Positions 24,276 to 37,948 of a stretch of DNA of 64,000 nucleotides are shown one piece after another (positions within the stretch are counted from its first letter, which is position 1; every line of letters begins with the position of its first letter). The stretch spans positions 70,990,001-71,054,000 of the forward strand of contig NC_042999.1 in NCBI RefSeq assembly GCF_006345805.1, in the 5' to 3' direction. The notes beneath the pieces are model-generated. The model was given only the letters and a program-made list of their open reading frames with translations. It had not been told where the DNA came from and made no database searches. This DNA is from Octopus sinensis. Taxonomy: Eukaryota. Position numbers and translations under genes: made by a program.

Positions 24276-25521
24276 CGAGTGTTCGGGTTAAATTCGACAA
24301 TTATGTATGTCTCCTCTTTTGAGGAACAACTTCATGTATTGGTGAACCATCAACGGTGCTGGCGAACATAAAAATTAAAGCTGTAGCTAAAAAAAGGTCA
24401 CACACATAGAGTTTTGGAAGATATCTGAATATTGGAAAACAAACACCTGCGGTGGGTATCAAAATGTCAACATCATGATCGTTGCTCAATGTTCTGTAAA
24501 TACTGTAAAGGCTGTAAGACGTGACACGGACTGGGACAACGGAGGGTATTCATCCGTCGACAACAGAAAGGGACACAACAGGCGTTCTAACTGCGTCCGC
24601 ATGCCAGAGTTCATCTAACAGCTGCACGGCTAAGTGATAGAAGACCCGAGCAAGGAAATCCTGTCTTTTGTAAGAGATGAGTATTGGAGTCGCCATCATG
24701 AAGCTGACCCTAATGTGGACCTTCGTATAAGAGGCGAAGGAAAAAATTCTGACAGCCAGTGTCGAGGGGAACCAGTTGATGTAGTCAAAGAAGCTCCTGA
24801 ACAAGCTGAGATATTTTGCTGAGCCGGAGATGATCTGGTTTTCCTCAACTCAAAGGACCAGTTGCACAACATCCAGAATAACAGGTGGTTTTATCTACAA
24901 TCCCTGGGATGTCCTGTGTTCTGAAACCCAAGTTGCCCCAAACTGTTATGGTCTTTGAGTGTGTCTCCAGTGATGGTGAAGCCACGCTGTCCCACATCAC
25001 TGAACAAGGCCTTAGGCTCACTTGGGACGGCTATGTGAAGCTGCTGGTGTCCGTAGTCTGTTCCTGGTTGGAGCAGGTTGCTTCTGGAAGGCCATATTTG
25101 AGGCTGCAAGGTTCAGCTCCTTGCCACACTCCCGGAAAGAATCAGAATTGGTTGTCGGAGAATTTATACGACCCAATTTCTCGCCTTCTAATTCCTCCAT
25201 TTGTGATCCCATGGATTAATATGAGTGGGACATAGTTGAGAAAAAACACTAACCGTTCTACTTGCGACACTAAGGCCAAGCTTTGACTAAGATCAAGAAG
25301 TTGTTCGAAGACCTTCTCAGGCATACACTGAAGAACGTATGAGTCATGTTCCGGGACCGTGTTGAGGCCTTGGTGGAAGATAAGGGCGGCTAATTTGAGC
25401 AAACTGTTATCTCTCAGCCATAATCTAGTTGATATTTTTGATTTAAGAAAAAATAGTTTTATTTTGAATGAAATATTGTGTTTTCTCTTTCTTTTATGCA
25501 AACTATCAAATTTAGCCCGAA

Positions 25522-25527
<6 letters not shown>
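24276..25527 (+). mobile_element. Tc1/mariner (maT/DD37D-like) DNA transposon, full-length, degraded
   Basis: 20-bp TIRs AGTGTTCGGG(T/C)TAAATT(C/T)GA at 24278-97 and 25506-25; TVMVFECVSSDG...GLRL...QGSAPCHT...NWLSE and [11 protein letters not shown] remnants. Confidence 0.8.
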
Positions 25528-25609
<82 letters not shown>

Positions 25610-25964
25610 TAAATATATATAAATATATATATATATGTATATGTATATATATGTATATATATGTAGATATATATATATATACACACATACATACATACAT
25701 ATATACATACATACTTATATATACATATACATACACACATACATACATACAAACACACACACATACATACATACATACATACATACATACATACATGCAT
25801 ACATACATACACATATATTTATATATGTAGGAAAGCAATTCTTTCCTTATTAAAGAAATATTCCATTAAAATAGCTCTGAGGATGCTAAAAGATGTCTCA
25901 CCAATGAAAGTGATTACGTAATTCCTGTCATACATTTATTAATTGATTTTGGCTTCAAATTTTG

Positions 25965-26125
25965 ACACAAGGCCAGCATTTCGGAGGAGGTATTAAATCG
26001 ATTACAACAACCCTAGCATTCGACTGGTACCTATTTTATCGATCCCGAAAGGATGAAATGCAAACTCGACCCCGGTAGCATCTGAACACAGAATGTAATG
26101 TCAGGAAAGATGCTGCTTAGCATTC
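25965..26125 (-). mobile_element. Diverged SINE family A variant
   Basis: TTTATCGATCCCGAAAGGATGAAATGCAAACTCGACC core. Confidence 0.65.
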
Positions 26126-26229
26126 ATTAATTAATAGTACGTTCTGTACTGAACTGCTATTTCATATAAGGATCGGGAGTGGAAGATATTAGACAATTTA
26201 CATCTTATCGCTACCGGGCCTCACAAAGA

Positions 26230-27260
26230 CTGTGAAATATAATTACTAACTCTCACTTTGAAAGTTATGCAAAAGAAAGAGCAACCAAATTCCAGAAGCA
26301 CAAAAGGGACAGAGATGCAGGAAAAACCGAAATGTGATAGTCGATGCAGACTGTGGCATTATCACCGAAGATATCACCCACATCGCAAGCAGTTGTTCGT
26401 TACGTCAATGAGACATGATGTTGTGGCCAAGACACACAATGAGATCTATTGGAAGGATAATACTGAGACCAAAGTTATAAGAACCCACAATACCATAGAG
26501 ACCACTCATGTTATGAAGAGTACTGATGCAGTGTCCTTGTGAAACCTCAATAAAATGCAAACATAATAGACCAGAGATAGTAATTTGGACAGAGAGGAGA
26601 AACTATGTATAGTCAAGGAAATCCCATTGCTCAGCGGATGTCACTATTAAGCTAAAGATCAGCGAAATAATAAAAAAAACACTTACGTTGAACTATTGAA
26701 TAATTTATAGTTACTCCACTCTGATATCAAGTTCAGATTTATACGTGTAATTATTGGGCCAAGCTTTCTCAAGATCAGAAAGGGGAATGACAATTTGAAG
26801 ATTACAGATAAAACCAATGGGTCTGTCAACATATGTAAAACTTTACAAAAGTTTCGCATCTATGTACATATGTACCCTCTAGACATGTATCTATATATGA
26901 GTAAACATAATAAAATGAGATGACAAAGGAATAAACGAGTATCTTATGAACTTCATTAGCTTACAGCTGTTTCTGAAATAGGATGCAGTGAACTCATAGT
27001 AAAGTGCCTGAGTAATACCTTGTAGCTTCATCGAATATAGCCTCGAATATGAATTGCAATTTATTTGGGAAAGAGTAAACATACTTAAAACAAACATATA
27101 GATCTACACATGCACTGATTCCAAATACTAGACATATACATGCACAACTATGTTGTGGATGTTGAAATTCATATGAAGGATGCTTAGATCTAGGTAAGAA
27201 ACCGACTCTTTCACTGTTAGCAAGATGTCTAGATATTAACCTAAATAGTAACATATATAC
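26230..27260 (+). mobile_element. RLE-type LINE 3' fragment with 3'UTR, degraded
   Basis: CRL...H...MRHDVVAKT; DREEKLC; FRFIRVIIG; VNICKTLQKF; 3'UTR similar to ~30950-31090. Confidence 0.7.
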
Positions 27261-27274
27261 AAATTCACGTCTGC

Positions 27275-27276
<2 letters not shown>

Positions 27277-27305
<29 letters not shown>

Positions 27306-27540
27306 TGTATGTATGTATGTATGTATGTATGTATGTATGCATGCATGCATGCATGCCTGCATGTATGTATGTATGTATGTATGTATGTGTATGTATGTAT
27401 GTATGTATGTATGTATGTATGTATGTATTATGTATGTATGCATGCATGCATGCATGCCTGCATGTATGTATGTATGTATGATGTATGTATGTATGTATGT
27501 ATGTATGTATGTATGTATGTATGTATGTATGTATGTATAT
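27277..27540. repeat. (ATGT)n/(ATGC)n microsatellite
   Basis: Directly visible. Confidence 0.95.
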
Positions 27541-27818
27541 AATATAATGCAATATATATATATGTATATACAAATAAATGATTTCGTTTCCGTAGCTAAC
27601 AAAGCGAAACAACACAGAAACAAGTGAGTCCTACAATCTAAGGACGTCATTTACAGCCCAAAATGTGTTTTCGCATAATACTAGGTGGAGAAATTTTCTC
27701 GCGGGGCTAACGCCGCAGCGGAACGTCTTGTTACGTCCGAATGCACTCAAACGAGCTAAATACTTTACATGAATATATTTTATTCAACACTGCTCACTGC
27801 TTTGTGCAACATTATCTA

Positions 27819-27850
<32 letters not shown>

Positions 27851-28636
27851 ATTGTGTCTGTCTCTCCTTATATAATATATATATAAGGAGAGAGAAAGTG
27901 AGAGAAAGAAAGAGCGAGAGATAAATAGATAGATAAATAAATAGATAGATAGAGAGACAGGGAGAGAGAGAGTTGTGTATGCAGTGATCGTATTATACTT
28001 TTTTTAGGAAGGATTCTGTTTTCAAATAGTTATCGTGCCAAGGTATAGGTGCTTTTATTGATTGATTTTATTGTTGAAGAAATTTCTTTATAGGAAGCTA
28101 TAATTTACCTTTCAAGAAACGCAACAGTTGTTGGTTTGTAATGACTGTAAACTGAGTACTTTGTATAAAAATATCTATCTTTGGTAAGAAAAATACCTAT
28201 AAAACCGAATAGACACAATATAAAAAGAAAGAAAAAAAAATAGAAAAAGAATACGTAATGTGATGTAGCAGGGCTTTGGTGGTGAAAAGCAACCAAAAAA
28301 CAAAATATTTCTTCCTTTCATTTGATAACATCGTTAAACTAGCTAACATTCTGTGTTTTATTTCTTTCATATTGTTAACGCCGAGTTACCGTTATTTCGT
28401 TATATTTTTCTCCGATTGTGGAAATAGAAAGTGTTCATGTTATTTCTCGTATACAAATGCGCACAAACAAATACACACAAATATACACACATACAGTCAA
28501 GTACACTCGCACACGTACACACTCACACAAATGCACAAACACAACCAAATACACAAGAAATATGCATGTGCAGAAATAAATGCAGTATAAAATAATAGTC
28601 GAACACTATTACAAACACTCTTATTATGAAGTACAA

Positions 28637-28671
28637 ATCCATCCATCCATCCATCCATCCATCCATCTATC

Positions 28672-28742
<71 letters not shown>
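28637..28742. repeat. (CCAT)n(CTAT)n microsatellite
   Basis: Directly visible. Confidence 0.95.
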
Positions 28743-28744
<2 letters not shown>

Positions 28745-28973
28745 GGTTTGGATTTTATTGATCCTGATTATCAACTCCGTAGCCTCCAGCGTGTATTTGG
28801 CTGGTAAGGTACTCTGTAAACATTCTGCTGAATATTCCTAGTTCATGAACCACTCAACAGAGTAAAGCAGAAATAGATATTCCAAGGGATCGAATTCTTC
28901 GTTGACTGATTTTGTCTAGTAATAGTTCACGTCACATAATGAAATGGCTGGTGATTTGCATATTAAATATTCA

Positions 28974-29028
<55 letters not shown>

Positions 29029-29138
29029 TTTCTCTGCCTCTGAATATTTCTGTCTGTGTTTCTGTCTCTATGCATGTTTGTATGTATGTATGTATGTATG
29101 TATGTATGTATGTATGTATGTATGTATGTATGTATGAA

Positions 29139-29218
<80 letters not shown>

Positions 29219-29594
29219 TGCATGTGTGTACGCACCATGCGTTACTTCGTGCTGATTGTGTTCTCTCAGTGATTATACATCTCGCTAAATTGAACTAAAA
29301 CTGTACAACCTAAGTTCATTGGCGATTTATTTTTCTATCATTATTAATATGCTAGAGTAATCGTGTCATCAATGATGTCGCCAGGTGTTTTATTAAATGT
29401 TGTGATAATTACAACCTTTCGGCTCGTAAGTATGGATATTCAAAAGTTCCGTTTGAAGGTATTGTTGAAAAATATCATGATGAAAGTTGCTAATGAGCGC
29501 ATGGAAATATAAATGAAAATGCCGAAATAACAGGATAATAAATCATACTTATCATTCCCAAAATACTATACAGGTTTAATTTGTATAACATATA

Positions 29595-29810
29595 AAGGCA
29601 CGACCTGGCTGAATCGTTAGCACGCCGGACAAAATACTTACCGGTATTTCGTCCGATTTTACGTTCTGAGTTCAAATTTCGTCGAGGCTGACTTTGCCTT
29701 TCATCCTTTCGGGGTCGACAAAATAAATGCCAGTTCAACACTGAGGTTAATGTTATCGACTTATCCTTTCCACAAAATTGCTGTCATTGTGCCAAAACTT
29801 GAAACCCGTA
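29595..29810 (+). mobile_element. SINE family A variant
   Basis: AAGGCACGACCTGGCTGAATCG head, GAGTTCAAATTTC B-box, GCCTTTCATCCTTTCGGGGTCGA core. Confidence 0.8.
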
Positions 29811-30234
29811 TGTTTCTCTCATTATGCAACGCTATGTTATTTTCTACAATAAATGTTTTACCGATGTTGAATTGAAATATAAATATTTACACAGAAGTAC
29901 ATGTTCTAACAAAGAAGTTACATAGATTTTCTAAAGGTTGTCGGAGATAAAAAAAAATACGTTATGAAGTAAGAATATTTACTGGCCTTAGTGAGAAAAA
30001 TCAACTTAAACTTAAGTATTATCAGTACGGCAGTAATTTAGCGCAGAAGAACTTTTCGGGCTACAATAATAAAGAAATCTTTTATAAATATTGTGATGGA
30101 CTTTATAATGCGTTGTATGTATGGTACAATAATATAGTTTATTTTATCAGTGAAATAAATATGTTTTTCAATACGAAAGTATTTTATTCAGGAACACGGA
30201 ATGTATTGCATATATGTACAGAAATATATGCATG

Positions 30235-30570
30235 CAGTGTAATAAATATATAGTTTAGCCTCTCAGGAATTTGAATATAAAGAGTAACAGTGAAATGTAG
30301 TGGAATATATGAAGTAGAATAGTTAATAGTGGAATAAGTGTATTTACAAATACATATAGCGTATTATTAACGATATATAGAATACTATAGTGAGAATTTA
30401 CAAAAAAAACCCCCAAAAAACCCCCAAAAGCCGATGACGGGTGTGTAAACAACAGACAGATGTATTAGTTTAACGCTCGGTAAGTGAGAAAGTATTTTAC
30501 GTTTCAAGTCTACGCTCTTCGAGATAAGAAACACAGAAATAAACAGGGAGAGAAAAAAAAAAGTTTAGTG
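30235..30570 (-). mobile_element. Penelope-type terminal repeat fragment with decayed hammerhead-like motif
   Basis: GAAGAGCGTAGACTTGAAACGTA on the minus strand, homologous to 37905-37990. Confidence 0.45.
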
Positions 30571-30687
30571 GCTAGCGATCTATCATGGTGAATATTATAT
30601 ACATATATCGATGTCAAATTTTGGCACAAAGTCAGCAATCTCGAGGGAGGAGATAAGTCGATTACATCAACATACAAACATACATAC

Positions 30688-31092
30688 GAAAGCTGAAGAT
30701 CAGTGAAAAAGTGAACACCTATGCTGAACTATTGAAAAATCTGCAGTTACTCTATCCAGATTACAAGTTCATGTTTATACTTGTAATTATTGGGATCCTG
30801 GGATATGTAATACATTGCCTAAATACCAATCTTGAGAAACTAGGCTTCATAAACACGAAACGATAAAGCTAAATCGAAGACTACAGATCCAATCCATCAC
30901 TGGAACTATAAAAATCTGTAAAACTTTCCAGAAGTTTATCCTTTAAATATATATGAGCATGTCTAGATATGCAACTGTATGCATGAAAATACATACATAA
31001 AACATACAAATCTGCACATACGTACATACATACATATAGACAAAAATACCCTATCGTTGAAGTTGAAATTACAATGATGGAGCCTTGGATCT
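30688..31092 (+). mobile_element. RLE-type LINE 3' end
   Basis: LKISEKVNTYAELLKNLQLLYPDYKFMFILVIIG...LQIQSITGTIKICKTFQKF, then 3'UTR. Confidence 0.75.
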
Positions 31093-31149
31093 CTATATAT
31101 GTATGTACACACACACACACACACAGAGATACACACACACACGTATATA

Positions 31150-32410
31150 TCAGGTCATCCATAAGTTCTGTCCGAATTTTGAATGAAGAAAACAAGTGAT
31201 CAAATGTTACATTTAATTGAAATTTAATCATCAGTGTACTTTACCTGATTATCTATGACTTCCTTCCATCTATTTACAAGCTTTTTAATCCCATCAATGT
31301 AAAACTCTTTTAGTTTCAAAGCGAAGAACTCTGAAATGTTAATTTCGACCTCCTCTTGGCTTGTGAAAGTTATGTCACCCAAATGATTCTGTAAACTACG
31401 AAACAAATGGTAGTCTGAAGGAGCAAGATCGGGAGAATAAGGTGGATGAGAAATTTTTTCCCAACGAAGCTCTTCGATCTTCTCTGTGATCTTTGCAGTG
31501 TGGGGTTGTGCATTGTCCTGATGAAACATCACTCCTTTTCAATTCACTAGAGTGGGTCTTTTTTTTTCAAAGCTTGGTTCAAACGCTCTAATTGCTGACA
31601 GTACACTTGAGCATTGTTTGTTGCATTAGGTGGTAACAATTCAAAGTGAATTACTCCTTTGCCATCCCACCAGATAGAAAGAAGAACCTTTTTTCCATGA
31701 AGTTCCCTTCTCGGTTGTGGTTGAGCTTTTCCTTTTTGCCAAGCCACTGTTAACGACGTTTAATATTTCGATAGATCTATTTTTCCTCACCAGTTACAAG
31801 TCTATCCAAAAAGGGTGAAATGAGTTCGCGAGAATGGAGAGAAGAGCAAATGTCAACTCAGGATTTTGGTTGCTTTCGGATAATTCATGAGACACCCATT
31901 TTCCAAGTTTAGGAACCTTTCCAAGTGGTTGAAGATGACGATGAACAGTTGTATGGTTTGAACTAAGCTTTATTGCCAATTCTTCAACTGATAATCCAGG
32001 ATTTTCTTCAAGTAATGCCTCAAGGAGCTTATCGTCAAACTCAACTGGACGTCCTGTTCAATCTTCATCTTCAAAGCTGAAATTCCCACTTCTGAATTTT
32101 GCAAACCATCTTCTGCAAGTTCTTTCATTCAAGCATTCTTTCCCATAAACTGAGTGTATGTTTCGAGTCGCTTCGGCTGCAGAATTTCCGTTTTTGTGCC
32201 TTAACTGCTCTTTGGATAGTTCCATGTTAGAAAGGGTTTTAATCAAAGAAATTTTTAATCTATTATTCTGTAAAATAATATTTAATTAGTTTAAATATAC
32301 ACAAATGCATAAAAATAATTTTTAATTCCATTAGACATTCTAAAGTACTATTAAATTTCACTCAAATTTAAAAAAGGTAAAATCGGACAGAACTTATGGG
32401 ATGACCTAAT
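31150..32410 (-). mobile_element. Mariner (Mos1-type, DD34D) transposon, full-length pseudogene with TIRs
   Basis: ~29-bp TIRs (TATCAGGTCATCC-ATAAGTTCTGTCCGA) at 31148 and 32383-32411 in TA context; ERTCRRWFAKFRSG, KLGKWVSHEL, LSIWWDGKGVIHFELL, HQDNAQPH, HPPYSPDLAPSDYHLF split by frameshifts. Confidence 0.92.
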
Positions 32411-32884
32411 ATATATCTCTCTGTGTGTGTGTGTGTGTGTGTTTATCTGGTTCGCTGTCTCATAAATATTTTTAGTTAATAATTAAACACCAACCAATGA
32501 ATGTAACACTATTTGAATTATTTATAGTACAAAAACAAAAAAAAAAATCACTAGAGAAATATTAAAATGTCATTAAGAAACTTTTTACAAACTATCTGCC
32601 AAGATTATAACACAAATAAAATGAGACATTATAGGGACGAAATTGAGAGAGAAATGTGAAATAGATCAGTGGACACACGAAGAATAACCTGTCAAGTTAG
32701 CACTGAGTGATCGACGAGTTATCTAGTGAAGATAAATGTAATTCAGTTAAAATACAAGAAACGATTTCTAGTATCAAATATCGGAAAGAGGAATGGTCGA
32801 CACTTTAATGTAATGTAATAGTTAACACATTTACAAGGTGAACAAGAGAAAAGTGGTTATTATCTTTTATCTATTTTTTCTAAA

Positions 32885-33330
32885 CTTTTACCCGTTTCAG
32901 TTACTGGACTGTGACCATGCTGGAGCACCACCTTGAAGGGTTTTAGTCGAACGATTCGTTACCAGTACATATTTTTCAAACAATGGTACTTAATTCATTA
33001 GCCATTTTTTTGTCGAACAGCTAAATTACGTGGACGTAAACAAACCAACAACAGTTGTGAAGCAGTGGTCATGGACAAACACACAGACATACACACGCAC
33101 ATAAACTTACACACATAAACTTACTCTTTCTTTCTCATACACACACGCACATACACATGCATGTATACAACAGGCTTTCACAGAATTTCTGCATACAAAT
33201 TTACTCACAAAGCACTGATCGGCCTGATACTATTGTAGAATACATTCACCTAAAGTATTGCGCCCGAGGACCGAACACAAACCCCGTGGTTGCAAAGCGG
33301 GCGTCAGAACTCCGTATCCATGCCTTGCGG
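32885..33330 (-). mobile_element. SINE family B, diverged
   Basis: CCATGCTGGAGCACCACCTTGAAGG tail, internal CA tract, head remnant. Confidence 0.7.
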
Positions 33331-34013
33331 ATACCTTTGCGGATTATATTATTATTTCAATTAATACTAATGAGAATATTTTGTCTTTGGAATATCGTGT
33401 TTTAAGGGCCCCTTAATAACGTCTGTAGGTTAAATCAATTCTATTGGTATTAACTATAACGACATTGGGACGAAAAATTAAGGACGATCCTAATAAAGTT
33501 CGAACGCAGAACCTGAGAGATTCGACACAAAAATTTCGAAGCATTCTAATGTTTTTGTGAATTTTGGCGAAAAGTTTTTCGTCAATGTGCTACAGCTGCT
33601 GCTTCATAGTATTGCAGTTTCTTCGTTTGGAATTTCCTACGGCAAATAATACAACGTCTCTTCTAAACTACTTAATTGAGTAACAAACTAACTCGATTCC
33701 ACAAGTTCTTCTCTTGCTAGCCCAACCCAGGTGTCTCATCGGCAATATATACAACTATGGCTGCAAAGAAAATAATATATAACAAAAATTGCATAAAAAA
33801 GAAACAAATATCGTTCACCGCCTTCCACAATCCCCGATACATATCCAACACCAACAAAGACAAGATGATATATATATATATACACGCCATGTCTGACAGA
33901 ACAACTTTTAATGGTGTTTTACTTTGCGACCAGCCTAGGAATACATACATATATACATACGTACATAAGTATATACGAATCTTTCTTATATGTATGTATG
34001 TACACATGTATGA

Positions 34014-34078
<65 letters not shown>

Positions 34079-34086
34079 CACACACT

Positions 34087-34178
<92 letters not shown>

Positions 34179-34714
34179 TATATATATAACACATATATGT
34201 GTATATATATATGTATACATAAGTGTGCATGTATAATGCATACATGCATATATAAACACGCACACATACACTCACACACACACATATATGTATGTTTATA
34301 TGTATATATATGTATTTATGCAAACGCACATATACAGACACATAATATATATACATGCATCCGTTTGAGTGAATTTATATTTGTCTTTATGTGTTGCTAA
34401 AGGCAAGTATTTGAGCGTATGCGATTCGTATTCTTGGCATTCAGTTAATAGGGAGACAGTGTGTTTATGCAAAACTTTTCTAAACTTTACCATGTTCGTC
34501 TTCTCAATTGCTTTCTAAAATACAATATGATGAATTTTTTTTCAAAGTTAAGAACTAACTGTTCTTTACTGCGTCTAATTTAAAGACACACACACGCATA
34601 TGAACACACACACACACATACACACACATCTATGTATGTTTCTACGTATGTATGATTATATGTTTCTATGTAAGTATGAATGTATATTTACATATTTACT
34701 AATGTATATACTCA

Positions 34715-34845
<131 letters not shown>

Positions 34846-35035
34846 TATATATATATATAGTCAATTCAAATAAACGAACAATAAAATTAATGACAACATG
34901 AAGGCATGCACGAATAATGTATACGCAAACACGCACACACACATATATACATATGCACATATACACATGCACGCACATATATGTATATGCTTATACATAC
35001 ATGCATATATATATACATACATATATTTATGTATA

Positions 35036-35113
<78 letters not shown>

Positions 35114-35192
35114 TTACACACGTACATAGATACAAACATTTGCTAATACATATGCGTGTGTGTATACATGTGTATATATAGATGTGTATATA

Positions 35193-35251
<59 letters not shown>

Positions 35252-35489
35252 ATACATATCACACACACACACATATGTACCTGTGCATGCATGTATGAAA
35301 ATTGCTTTTTCTCACAAGTAATGAGAAAGCACATGTTAGTTGAAAGAACACCGACTGAAACAAAGGTTTCGTTTGAAAATGTTAAGAAAATGAAATAGAG
35401 ATTTCTACGACATAATGCTTTTGACTGATAAGTTTGTGATGCATCTTTAACGATACCAATACTTGTTCGTATTTTCTTTGTAAAAGTAG

Positions 35490-35529
<40 letters not shown>

Positions 35530-36276
35530 AAGTAAAAGAATGACAAGAATGAAAAGCAAGAGAAAAATATAAAATAATATCAGCAACGACGATATCAATA
35601 ATAAGTAGTCGCAGTTATTTGAGAAATTTGATTATGGCTTTAGAATTAGTTAATTCGTGTAAGATTTTTTGAAATGATTAGATGTCAAGTTACTTACAAA
35701 AATACTTGACATTCATATCAAACGAAACGTGTTATACTGTAAATAAAACAGCAGCGAGGAAGAAAATGAAAGAAAAATGAAGTAAAGAGACATTGGCTCT
35801 CTTGAGTTTTTTCTCGCGATAGCATACTTATGGGAAATCAATATTATAACTACTGTAATGCTTAGAAAAATATAATAGTGTAAAGAATAGTAAATATAAT
35901 GAAAAAATTTGGTTATAAAATAATTAAACTCTAACAAATTTGTGATGTCACTTCTAACTTTTCATCTGAGGTCAGAATATATGACTTGGCAACTATCATT
36001 TTGCTTAATCAGAGGAGGAGGAAGAGTGGCCATTACGTATACGTTTTGTCTAAAACTTACGAAATCAACAAACATGATGTTCAACTGAAAATATATCAGT
36101 TAGTATCTATAAAAAGAGAACCACGACATCAAAACATGAAGAAGGTGGGAAAAAGTCTGCGAAAAAAAAATAGAAGATCTAGCTGAAGAGTTTACGAGAT
36201 GAGACAGTTGTGTTGGTGAAAACAGCAATTTTAACTTTCTTTACAGTGTTATAAAACATCCAAGAGACACAACTCT

Positions 36277-36337
<61 letters not shown>

Positions 36338-36350
36338 ACATACTTACATC

Positions 36351-36789
36351 CTTGCTACCACTTGCTAGCACACATTACACTACTGAATAAATTTCAATGT
36401 ATTTATTTTATAAACTTGACTTCTGAATATTCTTTATTCACGCCTCTTTAAGAAATCACTAAAAATGGATTCTTTCTTTGAACTGTATTTAAAAGAATCC
36501 TAACTACAAACATTATATTACAACTCGAACACGTTACATATAGGAGATATTTCTTCCAACTGGTGAATCACTAATGTAAGTTGGAAGGAATGTCTCCTAT
36601 ATGTAACGTGTTCGATTTGTAATATAATGTTTGTAGTTAGGATTCTTTTAAATACAGTTCAAAGAAAGAATCCATTTTTAGTGATTTCTTAAAGAGGCGT
36701 GAATAAAGAATATTCAGAAGTCAAGTTTATAAAACAAATACATTGAAATTTATTCAGTAGTGTAATATGTGCTAGTAATTGGTAGCAAG
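36351..36789. repeat. 439-bp palindrome (211-bp arms, 17-nt spacer)
   Basis: 36351-36561 vs 36579-36789: 7 substitutions and no indels by manual comparison. Confidence 0.95.
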
Positions 36790-36961
36790 AATTAACCTTG
36801 CATATGAAAAGGAACTAAATATATGTGTATGCGAGACAGAAAAAAATCGCATGGTTTACTATATGCACTGAGATTTATATGAAGCAGAGTGGAAGTTGAT
36901 ATTAATCAAATAAGTTGCGTGTAGTTGGTGGTGGACACAGAAAATGTGACATGTCGAAGGC

Positions 36962-37601
36962 GATGTTGCTTCTATGCCACCAAATCTGCAACTGCTCAAG
37001 CTATTCCAAAAAGGCGAGCGATACTGCTTGGCAGAAGTTTTTACTTGTATTATTAAGCCTCCAGCTCTTATTGGTTGGAGTACGCCAAAAAAACCCCAAA
37101 AACCCCCCTGAATTAGACCACAGCAACAAAATAGATCCTTCCTGTCTCGCTGCATTAACCCCCTGCAGACTGCAAGTCAATATAAACAAGAAAGAGGAAG
37201 GAGAAAAATGCAAAGGAAAGGTAAAAAATACAATGCAAACTATTCCAAACAATGGCAAAAGAAGATTGCAAGCATGAGAAGTCACCAAATGTTCAAACAT
37301 TGGAAAAAGAAAACGAAATGAATGCATTAAGGACAAAAAACAACAACAAAACAACAAAAAACAAACAAACATGCAAAAAAGACAATGCGAGGCACTAAAG
37401 CCCAGTTCATATACAAATAGTTTCACAAAGTCTCTAAGGCCAATGGACACGGCAACAAAATTGCTCTTTCCTGTCTCGCAGACTCCAACCAATCAGAGCT
37501 GGAGGCTCAATAATACAAGTAGCAACTTCCGCCCAGCAGTATCACGCGCCTTTTAGAAATAGCTTGAGCAGTTGCAGATTTGATGGCATAGAAGTAAAAT
37601 C
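36962..37601. repeat. ~120-bp inverted repeat pair flanking probable Tx1-type 3' sequence
   Basis: 36962-37081 is the diverged reverse complement of 37482-37601; ~29-bp direct repeat at 37122-37150 and 37451-37479. Confidence 0.75.
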
Positions 37602-37734
37602 GACAGGCCATTCTAGATTTAATGGGAGCTCAAGCTTTTGAGTATTGCGCAGAATTCTTCACCACGCCGAAGGTCGTGCAGTTGTTCATCCTTTCCTAGA
37701 CTACGTCTCATACATACATACATACATACATACG

Positions 37735-37765
<31 letters not shown>

Positions 37766-37788
37766 GCATGTGTATGTATGTATTTATG

Positions 37789-37841
<53 letters not shown>

Positions 37842-37948
37842 TATATATATAACGGGAAGCTTTATGAAAATAAACAAAAGACGAAGGCAGGTGGAAAACA
37901 ACGAACAATTGTATTAGTATGGCGCTCAGGAAATATAAATAAAACAAG

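Noticed and set aside
28740-28841. Short hydrophobic ORF / GTAAG donor after the (CTAT)n tract
   Set aside because: The ORF starts within a microsatellite, with no credible acceptor or homology.
33717-33900. Minus-strand ORF resembling a channel S5 helix (YRGLWKAVNDICFFFMQFLLYIIFFAAIVVYIADE)
   Set aside because: The hydrophobicity comes from a T-rich tract, the frame stops a few codons later, and no pore motif or partner exons were found. A weak acceptor (TTTTCTTTGCAG) remains unexplained.
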